Shown here in pieces: positions 1 through 7,824 of a DNA stretch of 18,297 bases. The DNA comes from Thermaceae bacterium. GTDB taxonomy: Bacteria; Deinococcota; Deinococci; Deinococcales; Marinithermaceae. Within the stretch, counting starts at the first letter, position 1. The number at the start of each line of letters is the position of its first letter. Below the pieces are notes generated by a model. The model was not told the origin of the DNA. It saw only the letters and a list, made by a program, of their open reading frames with translations, and did no database searches. Location of the stretch: the NCBI GenBank assembly GCA_015488545.1, contig WFNN01000036.1:1-18297 (forward strand). The letters are read 5' to 3'. The position numbers were made by a program, and so were the translations under genes.

Positions 1-43
1 TTCTACTCGTTGGGGTGGGGATTGCGGTGCGGGCGGGGAAAAC

Positions 44-107
44 GTAAAGCAAGGCGTCTGTGGTAAAGCGAAATACGCCATGGTAAAGGGAACGGTCAGC
101 TGTAAAG
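44..107 (+). repeat. Four phased GTAAAG direct repeats (44-49, 63-68, 83-88, 102-107), spaced 19/20/19 bp, spanning the start of the vapB-like gene
   Basis: Read directly from the sequence. An A/T-rich hexamer occurs 4 times in 64 bp of a G+C-rich replicon at about two helical turns. Two copies lie upstream of the ATG at 80 and two inside the first 10 codons. Function unknown. Confidence 0.6.
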
Positions 108-326
108 GGCAAAACCATCCCCAAAGAAATCCGGGAGGCCCTGGGGTTAAAGCCCGTGACCCGGGTGCGCTTTGAACTCAAAGGAGACTACGCGGTACTC
201 CGCGTTGAAAAAGAAAGCGGCGTGGACCGGCTGTTTGGCATCTTGCGCACGAGCGTTCCCTTCCCCGGGCTCCGGGCGGAGGAGGAAGAAATCGAACGCG
301 CGTGGGCGGAGGGCGCGGCCCGGTGA
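80..326 (+). pseudogene. AbrB/SpoVT-family antitoxin (VapB-like) with an interrupted reading frame
   Basis: ATG at 80 (frame 2) gives MVKGTVSCKGQ and then runs to a stop at 173-175. Frame 3 from about 111 gives KTIPKEIREALGLKPVTRVRFELKGDYAVLRVEKE...AEGAAR, ending at TGA 324-326. Joined, they reproduce the SpoVT/AbrB signature (S.KGQ.TIPKEIR..LGL). Frame 3 has a stop at 84-86 and no ATG/GTG/TTG before GTG 156, so an intact domain needs a +1 frame change in the AAAA run at 111-114. The stop overlaps the toxin start (GTGA). Confidence 0.5.
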
Positions 327-721
327 GCGCGTACTGGCCGGATACCGATATCGCCTTGCGCTTCCTCACCGGCGACCTCGCAGCGCTTGCGGAGAAAGCC
401 CGAGGCATTTTCAGGGGCGCGGAAGAGGGAAGATGGCAGCTCGTGATCCATCCCCTGGTCGTGGCCGAGATCGTTTACGCCCTGCTGCGCCTCTACGAAT
501 TGCCAAAGTCTAAGGTCGTGGGAGCCCTCCGGGAGCTCCTCACCCTGCCGGGCGTCCGCGTGATCGAGCGAAGCGCGGTGATGGGCGCGCTTGAGCACAT
601 GGGAAAAAGCCGCCTTGGCTGCACCGACGCCTTCCACGTGGAAAAGGCGAGGGCCACCTCGACGCCGGTCGCCACCTCTGACGCCGACCTGATGCAGACC
701 GGCTTCGCCGAGCTACCCTAA
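323..721 (+). CDS. vapC: PIN-domain ribonuclease toxin (VapC-like), about 132 aa
   Basis: GTG at 323 overlaps the antitoxin TGA (GTGA coupling). Acidic PIN residues sit in the expected order (N-terminal PDTDI, central VVAEIVY, C-terminal CTDAFH and VATSDADL). The size is typical. The ORF-track start at 302 would overlap the antitoxin further and is less likely. Confidence 0.75.
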   Translation: MSAYWPDTDIALRFLTGDLAALAEKARGIFRGAEEGRWQLVIHPLVVAEIVYALLRLYELPKSKVVGALRELLTLPGVRVIERSAVMGALEHMGKSRLGCTDAFHVEKARATSTPVATSDADLMQTGFAELP

Positions 722-726
722 AACCC

Positions 727-2415
727 GTGAAGAACGCCGAGGATTTGAAGCGCATCCTCTCCGGCCTCGAGGGCCGGGGTTACAAGGCCTATAAGCGCAT
801 CGAGGGGGCCTGGCGGCTTGGAAGCCTGACCCTTTTCATCGACCACGTCCAGGCCGATCCCTTTGCCAGCCCTTCCCGGGTCCGGCTTCGGATTCCGGCT
901 CGGGTGCACGGTGTTCCCCCCGAGATCTGGGCTAGCAGGCCCCGGCGGGTGGGCCTTCTGGATTTCCTGCTCCGGGTCTTCCGGACCGCCACCCGCGGGA
1001 TCCCCCCCACCGGTGGCACCGGCCATTCCGGAAAGGTTCTGGTAGACGCCGGCGACGCCGAGATCCTGGAGCGCTCGGGGGCGGCGATTACCGAGGACTA
1101 CCTCGAGCTTCGCTTCCGCGTGGGCCTGCCCGCCCGCGGCCGCAGCGTCATGGGCCGGGCGGCGGCGCGGCTCCTCACCGAGGACCTTCCGCTGGCGGCC
1201 GAGGCGGTGCGCTGGGTGAACCTGGACCGGGCGGTGGCCTGGGAATACGCCCGGCTGGCCGAGGACCACGCCCACCTGCAGGGCCTTCTGCCCCAGCGCG
1301 GGCTCGTCGCCTTCGTCGCCGACGGCAGCATCCTGCCCCGGGCCTCGGGGATTTCCTCAAAGCCCCTTTCGGGCGCGGTGCCGTTTAAGAGCCCGCCGGA
1401 GCTTGCCGTCACCCTCCCCACCCGGCACCACGGCGAGGTCACGGGAATGGGGATCCCCGAGGGGGTTACGCTGATCACCGGCGGGGGCTTTCACGGGAAA
1501 ACCACGCTACTCGAGGCCATCGAGCTTGGGGTCTACCCCCACGTTCCTGGGGACGGTCGGGAGTGGGTGGTGAGCCGGCCGGAGACCCTGAAGGTCCGGA
1601 GCGAGGACGGCCGGAGCGTCGCCGGGGTGGACCTAAGGCCCTTTATCCACGACCTGCCCGGGGGGAAGTCCACCGCCTTCTTCGAGACCCAGGACGCCTC
1701 GGGCTCGACCTCCTTGGCGGCGGCGATTCTGGAGGGCCTCGAGGCCGGCGCCCGGGTTCTCTTGCTCGACGAGGACACCGCGGCCACCAACCTCCTGATC
1801 CGCGACGCCCGCATGCAGCGCCTGGTTCCAAAGGAGACGATCACCCCCCTGATCGATCGAGTACGGGAGCTTTACGAGAAGCTCGGGGTGAGCACGATCC
1901 TGGTGGTCGGTGGAAGCGGGGACTACCTGGACGTCGCCGACCGCGTGATCCTGATGGAGGACTACCTGCCGAAGGACGCGACCGGGAAAGCCCGGGAGGT
2001 GGCCCGCGCGCTTCCCACCCACCGGAGGCTCGGCGACCCGGCGCACCCCCTCGCGGTCACCCCCCGTTGCCCCTTGCCCGAATCCTTCGACCCCCGGCGG
2101 GGCCGGAAAGAGAAGGTGCGGGCCAAGGGGCTCCGGGAGATCGTCTTCGGTTATGAGGTCATCGAGCTTGACGCCCTGGAACAACTCACTGACGACTCCC
2201 AGGCCCGGGCTATCGGGGCGATGCTCAAGCGCATGGGGCGGCTTGCGGACGGAAGGGTGCCCCTCAAAAGCCTTGCCGAGCGGGTGCTCCGCGAGGTGGA
2301 GGAGCAGGGGCTTTACGCCCTAGAGCCCTCCCCCGAGCTCGCCCTCCCGCGGCTTTTCGAGCTCGTGGGGGCGGCGAACCGGCTGCGGAGTCTCCGGGTG
2401 AGGGGATGTGGTTAG
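727..2415 (+). CDS. ABC-class ATPase domain protein (PF09818-like, predicted ATPase of the ABC class), 562 aa
   Basis: N-terminus ..L..LEGRGYKAYKRIEGAW is typical of the family. P-loop block GVTLITGGGFHGKTTLLEAIELGVYPHVPGDGRE and Walker-B-like VLLLDEDTAATNLLIRD are present. Strong GC3 bias. GTG start 6 nt after the vapC stop. Confidence 0.8.
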   Translation: MKNAEDLKRILSGLEGRGYKAYKRIEGAWRLGSLTLFIDHVQADPFASPSRVRLRIPARVHGVPPEIWASRPRRVGLLDFLLRVFRTATRGIPPTGGTGHSGKVLVDAGDAEILERSGAAITEDYLELRFRVGLPARGRSVMGRAAARLLTEDLPLAAEAVRWVNLDRAVAWEYARLAEDHAHLQGLLPQRGLVAFVADGSILPRASGISSKPLSGAVPFKSPPELAVTLPTRHHGEVTGMGIPEGVTLITGGGFHGKTTLLEAIELGVYPHVPGDGREWVVSRPETLKVRSEDGRSVAGVDLRPFIHDLPGGKSTAFFETQDASGSTSLAAAILEGLEAGARVLLLDEDTAATNLLIRDARMQRLVPKETITPLIDRVRELYEKLGVSTILVVGGSGDYLDVADRVILMEDYLPKDATGKAREVARALPTHRRLGDPAHPLAVTPRCPLPESFDPRRGRKEKVRAKGLREIVFGYEVIELDALEQLTDDSQARAIGAMLKRMGRLADGRVPLKSLAERVLREVEEQGLYALEPSPELALPRLFELVGAANRLRSLRVRGCG

Positions 2416-2422
2416 GCTTGTG

Positions 2423-2468
2423 TTATTTGCATCGTGCAAATAAGCAGGAGAGCTATTTAACAAATAGC
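2423..2468. promoter_or_regulatory. Two perfect palindromes in the A/T-rich spacer upstream of fic: TTATTTGCA-tcg-TGCAAATAA (2423-2443) and GCTATTT-aac-AAATAGC (2452-2468)
   Basis: Read directly. Both share a TATTT...AAATA core with a 3-nt centre. They lie in the only strongly A/T-rich intergenic stretch of the window, followed by a TAAAAT -10-like hexamer at 2477-2482. An operator/promoter role is inferred, not shown. Confidence 0.35.
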
Positions 2469-2521
2469 GCGAAGTGTAAAATAAGTTAGTGAGCGGTAGG
2501 CGGGTGCCTATTGGCGCAGGG

Positions 2522-3610
2522 ATGTGGGCGTTTTTACCAGACCCACTCCCACCCCATCTGGAATTGAAGACGCCGGTGGTAAAGCTTTTGGCCGAGGCCA
2601 GCGAGGCACTTGGGCGTTTGGATGGGGTGGGTCGCAACCTTCCGAATCCTCACCTACTTGTTCGGCCCTTCGTCAATGTGGAGGCGGTGTTCTCCTCCAG
2701 AATTGAGGGCACGCAAGCCTCGCTTCGGGATCTTTACGCAGCCGAGGCATCGCTCCCCCTTTTTCCCTTGGAACGGCGCGTGGACGTTTTGGAGGTTCGC
2801 AACTACGTACGTGCCCTCGAATACGGTATTCAACTATTGAAGGATATTCCAATATCTACCCGCCTCCTGCGGGAAATGCACCGTGTTCTCCTAGAAGGCG
2901 TGCGTGGCCAAAACCGCGCCCCTGGTGCGCTTCGCACTGTCCAGAACTGGATCGGTGGACCGGGGGGTATTGAGCACGCAGTTTACATACCGCCGCCACC
3001 CCAGGAGGTTCCGCGCCTTATGGTGCAGCTCGAACGCTATATTCATAGCGAGAGCCCTTTTCATACGCTGGTGGACCTGGCGTTGATCCATTACCAGTTT
3101 GAAGCCATTCACCCTTTCCTAGATGGCAATGGTCGTATCGGCCGGTTGCTCATTGTTCTTCTACTCCTTGCTCGAGGTGTCCTTGAGCAGCCGCTGCTGT
3201 ACCTCAGCGCCTTTTTTGAGCGTCATCGTAGCCGCTACTACGAACTTTTACTCAAAGTCAGCGTTGCAGGTGCTTGGGAAGAGTGGATAACCTTTTTCCT
3301 TGAAGGAGTACGCAGCCAGGCGAACGACGCCCTCCTGCGCGCGAAAAGGCTAAGTGACCTGAGGGAGGCTTACCGAAGTGCGTTGCAAGCTTCCAAGGCT
3401 GGGCCGGTGCAGCGGGCGCTTGCTGATCAGCTTTTCGTGACTCCAGTTTTCAGTGTACGGCAGTTGGAGCGCGAGACCGGTTTTAGTTTCGCCGCGATCA
3501 ACCGGGCGGTGCAGGAACTCCAGGCCGCCGGGTGGGTCGAAGAGATCACCGGCCACCGTCGGAACCGCCTCTTCGCGGCGCCGGAAGTGCTTGATGTCTT
3601 GAATCCTTAG
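2522..3610 (+). CDS. fic: Fic family protein (class II, N-terminal inhibitory helix; Fic_N + Fic core + C-terminal winged-helix-like tail)
   Basis: Canonical Fic motif HPFLDGNGRIGR. Inhibitory (S/T)xxxE(G/N) motif SSRIEG upstream of the core. The ATG at 2522 (MWAFLPDPLPPHLEL) matches the usual Fic_N start; the GTG at 2489 is an alternative. G+C is visibly lower than in flanking genes. Confidence 0.85.
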   Translation: MWAFLPDPLPPHLELKTPVVKLLAEASEALGRLDGVGRNLPNPHLLVRPFVNVEAVFSSRIEGTQASLRDLYAAEASLPLFPLERRVDVLEVRNYVRALEYGIQLLKDIPISTRLLREMHRVLLEGVRGQNRAPGALRTVQNWIGGPGGIEHAVYIPPPPQEVPRLMVQLERYIHSESPFHTLVDLALIHYQFEAIHPFLDGNGRIGRLLIVLLLLARGVLEQPLLYLSAFFERHRSRYYELLLKVSVAGAWEEWITFFLEGVRSQANDALLRAKRLSDLREAYRSALQASKAGPVQRALADQLFVTPVFSVRQLERETGFSFAAINRAVQELQAAGWVEEITGHRRNRLFAAPEVLDVLNP

Positions 3611-4662
3611 GGCAACACCGGCAGGTTGAAGACGTTCTGGGCCACGTAGAGGGCGACGAGGCTCAGGACGGCCGCGGTGGTGGGGGCTAGCACCCAGCCG
3701 AGCGCTACCCGACCAAAGAGGCGGAAGTCCACCCGCCCCCCGGGGATCAAAAGGCCGAGCCCGACCACCGCACCGACCACCGCCTGGGAGCTGGAGACCG
3801 GCACCAGGGGCGGTGGGGGCAGGCCCAGCGAGGCCACGAACTGGGCGAACCGCTGGGAGGCGAAGACCAGAAGGACCAGCGACTGGGCAACCACCACCAC
3901 CCAGGCGGCGAGGGGGTTCAACCGGGCGAGGTCGCGGCCCACCGTCATCATCACCCGGCGGGAGTTGTAAACCCCGGCGGCAATGGCCAGACCGCCGAGC
4001 AGGAGCAGCTGGTGCAGGGGGTCGAGGCGAAACGCGCCCGGCAAAACAATGGGGCGGAAAATGCGGTCTGCAAGCGGCATGAAGACCCCCACCACGTTGG
4101 CGATGTTGTTGGCCCCCAGCGAGTAGGCCCCGAAGGCCCCGGCTAGGATCAGGGCGTAGCGGGTGAGGAGGTCGAGGGTGAGGAGGTGCAGCCGAACCCG
4201 GCGGAGGCCGGCGCGCAGCGGCAGGTAGAGGAGCACCGCGATGGCCGCCGAGAGGAAGGGGGTTACCACCCAGGCACCGGCGAATTGCCCGAAGGCCGCG
4301 AGGTCGATTCCCCGCCCCGAGAAGATGTTCCAGCCCAGAATCGCCCCCACGATGGTCTGGCTGGTGGAGACAGGAAGCGCCCGCTGGTTCATCCAGTACA
4401 CCGCGTAGGCCGCCGACACCGCGATGAGAAAGGCCCCGAGCAGGGTGCCCACCGAGCCCAGCTTGCCCAGGTTGCCCGCGGTGCCGGCGCCCGAGAGCAC
4501 CGACCCCAGGGTGACGAAGGCGCCGGCGATGAGGGCAGCGGTGGAGAAGCGCACCATGCGGGTGCCCACCGCGGTGCCAAAAATGTTGGCGCCGTCGTTG
4601 CCCCCGAGCGACCACCCGAGGAAGAGCCCACCGGTGAGGAAGAACCAGGCCCAGAGGTCCAT
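3607..4662 (-). CDS. pit: Inorganic phosphate transporter, PiT (PHO4) family, 351 aa
   Basis: Two PHO4 signature repeats (GGNDGANIFGTAVGT and GANNIANVVGVF). Polytopic hydrophobic protein. The start lies 1 nt after the stop of the DUF47 partner gene. Confidence 0.9.
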   Translation of the reverse strand: MDLWAWFFLTGGLFLGWSLGGNDGANIFGTAVGTRMVRFSTAALIAGAFVTLGSVLSGAGTAGNLGKLGSVGTLLGAFLIAVSAAYAVYWMNQRALPVSTSQTIVGAILGWNIFSGRGIDLAAFGQFAGAWVVTPFLSAAIAVLLYLPLRAGLRRVRLHLLTLDLLTRYALILAGAFGAYSLGANNIANVVGVFMPLADRIFRPIVLPGAFRLDPLHQLLLLGGLAIAAGVYNSRRVMMTVGRDLARLNPLAAWVVVVAQSLVLLVFASQRFAQFVASLGLPPPPLVPVSSSQAVVGAVVGLGLLIPGGRVDFRLFGRVALGWVLAPTTAAVLSLVALYVAQNVFNLPVLP

Positions 4663-4663
4663 C

Positions 4664-5314
4664 TCACACCAGCCGCTTGATGACCAGGATAGAGAGCTCG
4701 TCGCAGATGTCTTCGGAGGTGTCGGCGATGTCGTCGATGCGGTCGATGAACTGCTGGAGGTGGAGTTTCTGGGCGAGCTCGAGGTCGCTTTCGAAAAGCA
4801 TCCGGCCGATCCGGGTCGCCACCTTGTCGGCCTCGGATTCGAAGAACTGGACCTTCTTCACGTGGTCGCGCACCGCGTGGAGGTCCCGGAAGAAGGCCCG
4901 GGCGGCCTTGACCATTTCCTCGGCGGTGGTCACCGCGGCCTGGGCCAGCTCCAGGATTCCCTCGGCGATGGGGCCGAGCGCCGGGCGCTGGACGTAGAAG
5001 GCGTAGACCGACTCCTCGTAGCGGTTGGTGACCTGGTCAACCTGTTCGATGAGGCTAAGGACATCCTCCCGGAGCTCGGGGATCAGGGTGTGGAAGGTCA
5101 TCCGGGTTTCGATCTCCCGCCGGAGGGCGTCGCCTTCCTCCTCCACCTGGGTGATCTCGGCGATGTACTCGGCGTAGGCCTCGTCGACCCCGCGGCGGAC
5201 GAAGGCCTCGACCGCCCGGGAGAAGACCAGGCCGGCCTCGAGGACGTGGTCGAAGTAGCGGTCGATCTCGGCCTCGAGCTGGCGGACGCTCGAGAACAGG
5301 GGGGTCAGCTTCAT
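4664..5314 (-). CDS. DUF47/TIGR00153-type PhoU-like phosphate-transport accessory protein, about 216 aa
   Basis: Helical, acidic protein (MKLTPLFSSVRQLEAEIDRYFDHV...) immediately upstream of and coupled to pit, the classical DUF47-PiT pairing. The ATG at 5314 is preceded by GGGAG. The longer ORF-track N-terminus (to 5563) is Arg/Pro/Gly-rich and rejected. Confidence 0.8.
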   Translation of the reverse strand: MKLTPLFSSVRQLEAEIDRYFDHVLEAGLVFSRAVEAFVRRGVDEAYAEYIAEITQVEEEGDALRREIETRMTFHTLIPELREDVLSLIEQVDQVTNRYEESVYAFYVQRPALGPIAEGILELAQAAVTTAEEMVKAARAFFRDLHAVRDHVKKVQFFESEADKVATRIGRMLFESDLELAQKLHLQQFIDRIDDIADTSEDICDELSILVIKRLV

Positions 5315-5364
5315 GATCTCCCATGGTAGCCGATCCTCAGGCGCCTCGGGTGGGCGGAACCGGT

Positions 5365-5685
5365 TTATCCGGTGGTTTCCAGACGCAGCTCCGGGCGGTC
5401 CTTTAAAAAGCCTTCCACCGCGTCGGCAACCCGCGTGAAGCGGGCACGGGCCAGCAAGGCCAGCACGCCCCGGGGCTTGAGCTGGATCAGCAGCAGCCCG
5501 GGCTCGGTGGGGTGTTCGGCCAGGGTGAGCTCCATCCCGGAAAGCTCGATTCGGTAGCCCCACTCGGTGCGGAGCGCCCGCGCAACCGAAAATCCCCGGG
5601 CGGTGAGTGCTTCTTTAAGCGCCCACGCGAGCTTGGCGGGGTGGCCGTCGGGACCGGGGAAGACGCTCCAGCTCTTCTCCACCAT
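5365..5685 (-). CDS. Hypothetical protein, about 106 aa, first gene of the minus-strand phosphate cluster
   Basis: ATG at 5685 (MVEKSWSVFPGPDGHPAKL...). GC3-rich codon usage consistent with coding. No recognisable motif. Confidence 0.5.
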   Translation of the reverse strand: MVEKSWSVFPGPDGHPAKLAWALKEALTARGFSVARALRTEWGYRIELSGMELTLAEHPTEPGLLLIQLKPRGVLALLARARFTRVADAVEGFLKDRPELRLETTG

Positions 5686-7535
5686 CACCCCCGTTTTAGC
5701 ATGGAACCGTGCTTCCCGCCCGGTATTTGGCCTATTGCCCAAACTGCGGTGGGCCGATCGAGGAGGAAAGGCTCCGGGCCGGTCAGGCCTGCGCCCGTTG
5801 CCAGCCCGAGCCCAGGGGCTCCCTACGCCCGGGCCGCCTCGCCGACTTCGCTCAGGCCCGGGCGGCGCTCGCCGATTGGGTTGCGTTCTTTCGGGCCAAA
5901 ACCGGGGTGGCGCCCTCGCCGCTCCAGCGGAGCTGGGCGGCGCGGGTGGTGACCGGACGCTCCTTCGCGCTCCTGGCCCCGACCGGGGTGGGGAAGACCA
6001 CTTTTGGCCTGGCCACCGCCGCCTGGCTGGCCGAGCGGGGCCGGCGGAGCCACCTGGTCTTCCCCACCCGCCTGCTGGTGGTTCAGGCGGCCGAGCGGCT
6101 GGCCGCCTGGGGCGCTCCTTACATCGCCTACACGGGCAAGAAGCGCGACAGGGAGGCGATCCTGGAAGGGGCGCGTCCGATTGCGGTGTACACCGTTCAG
6201 TTTCTTTACAAAAACCACCCCCACCTGCCTCGACCGGTGGATTTTCTTTTTGTGGACGACGTCGATAGCCTGCTCAAGTCGGCTCGGAACGTGGATGCGG
6301 TGCTGGCCCTGCTCGGCTTTGGCTCCAAGGAACTGGCCGCGGCCTGGGGAAGCCTGGCGTTAAGGTCCAAGGACCCTGCTGCGGCCGAGGAGCGGGCCGA
6401 GGCGCTCCGAAAGCGGGCTCGCGGGGTGCTGGCGGTGGCCAGCGCCACGGCCCGCCCGCGCACGGCAAGGGTAGGCCTTTTTCGCGAGCTGTTGGGTTTC
6501 GAGGTCACGGCCCCGAGCCTCGCCCTCCGCCGGGTGACCGACCTCTACGAACCGCACTTTGGTGAGGACCCAGAGGCCCGCTTTCGGGCTGCGCTCGCCT
6601 GGGCCCGCCGGTTGGGGTCGGGCGGGCTTTTCTTCCTTTCCGGGCACCGTTTGCGGGAAGAGGGGTCCCGGCTCCGGGACTTCTTGAACGAGGGGGGCGT
6701 CCCGAGCCTGGTCTACGACGACCCCGGTGCCCTGGACCGCTTCCGCCGGGGCGAGGTGGCTGCGCTGGTGGGTTTTGCCTCCTGGCGGAACCCCCTTGCA
6801 CGGGGAGTTGACCTGCCCGAGCGGGTGCGCTACGCCCTCTTCCTCGAGGTCCCCCGGTTTGAGATCGAGCTGGGCGAGCCCGATCCCCGCGGCCTCTGGC
6901 GGGTGGCGGTGGCGCTATTGCCCCTGCTGGAAGAGCCTCTGGCCCGCGAGGTGCGCCGGCTGGCCCGGCGCCGGCCCCCTTCCGAGGCCGGGATCCGCCG
7001 GGTGGCCGAGGCCATCGCGGCCCGCCTTCTGGATCCCGGGTTCCGGGCGCGCGTCGAGGCCAGCCCCGAGGTTGGGCTTCGTTTCCGGGACGGCCGGCCG
7101 GTGCTGATTTTTCCCGACGTGACCGGCTACCTCCAGGCTTCGGGGCGCACCAGCCGGCTGACCCCTGCGGGGCTTACCCAGGGGCTTGCGCTGCTGTTGG
7201 CCGACGATCCCAAGGCCTTCCGGGCACTGGCCCGTCGGCTCGCGTACCTCCTCGAGGAGGCCCCCCGGCCGGTGGCGGAGGTCGATGTCGATGCCCTGCT
7301 GGCCCGAATCGACGCCGACCGGGCCCGTCTCGCCGAAGGCGCACGGGGCGGTTCCCCCACCCGGGTTCGCGCGGTGGTGGTGGAGTCGCCCAACAAGGCG
7401 CGTACCCTGGCCGGGTTTTTCGGTCGCCCGGCGCGGCGATTTTTCCCCGGTCTGGTGGTCCACGAGGTGATAACCGAGGACGGGCCGCTGCTGGTGGCCG
7501 CCACCCGGGGGCACGTCACCGACCTGGCCCTATCC

Positions 7536-7542
7536 GGGGGGG
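7536..7542 (+). other. G7 homopolymer at reverse gyrase frame break 1
   Basis: Removing one G gives ...GHVTDLALSGGFFGVETEPGFRPRYHPL..., which continues into the Toprim DPDTEGE block. Confidence 0.7.
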
Positions 7543-7816
7543 TTCTTCGGGGTAGAGACCGAGCCGGGTTTTCGGCCCCGCTACCATCCCTTGCGCCGCT
7601 GCCCCGAGGGGCCGGTCCCTGGCCCGGCCTGCCGCGACGGCCAAACAAGCCTCCCCGACCGCGACCGCACCCTGGCCTCGCTTCAGGCGCTCGCGCTCGA
7701 GGCCGACGTTTTCCTGCTCGCTACCGATCCCGATACCGAGGGTGAGAAGATCGCCTGGGACGTGGACCTGGCCCTATCCGCCTACGTCGGCGAGCGACGG
7801 CGGGTTGAGTTTCGGG

Positions 7817-7824
7817 CGGTCGGT
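7817..7824 (+). repeat. CGGT-CGGT tandem duplication at reverse gyrase frame break 2
   Basis: Deleting one CGGT copy yields ...RVEFRAVTRRAFGEALARPRGL..., an uninterrupted read across the break and the expected family pattern. A 4-nt insertion equals a +1 frame shift. Confidence 0.7.

Noticed and set aside
12-38. Cluster of G-runs (GGGGTGGGG...GGGCGGGG) as a potential G-quadruplex upstream of the TA locus
   Set aside because: Such runs are expected by composition in this G+C-rich DNA. One inter-run loop is 10 nt, and nothing supports a function.
3350-4615. 421-aa minus-strand ORF overlapping pit and the fic 3' end
   Set aside because: It is an alternative frame of the well-supported PiT gene. 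The translation is Arg/Pro/Gly-rich low complexity, typical of off-frame ORFs in high-G+C DNA.
4424-5329. 301-aa plus-strand ORF
   Set aside because: It is antisense to the DUF47/PhoU-like gene and the pit start. No start context or motif supports it.
5315-5563. N-terminal extension of the DUF47 ORF (also 5686-5742 for the hypothetical gene and 13378-13482 for glpD)
   Set aside because: The extensions are low-complexity Arg/Pro/Gly/Ala sequence. Internal ATG starts give family-typical N-termini and sensible ribosome-binding sites.
7536-7542. Transcriptional or translational slippage on the G7 run as a programmed way to make full-length reverse gyrase
   Set aside because: Slippage could repair only break 1. 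The CGGT duplication at 7817-7824 and the third break would still interrupt the frame, so a pseudogene (or assembly error) is the simpler reading.
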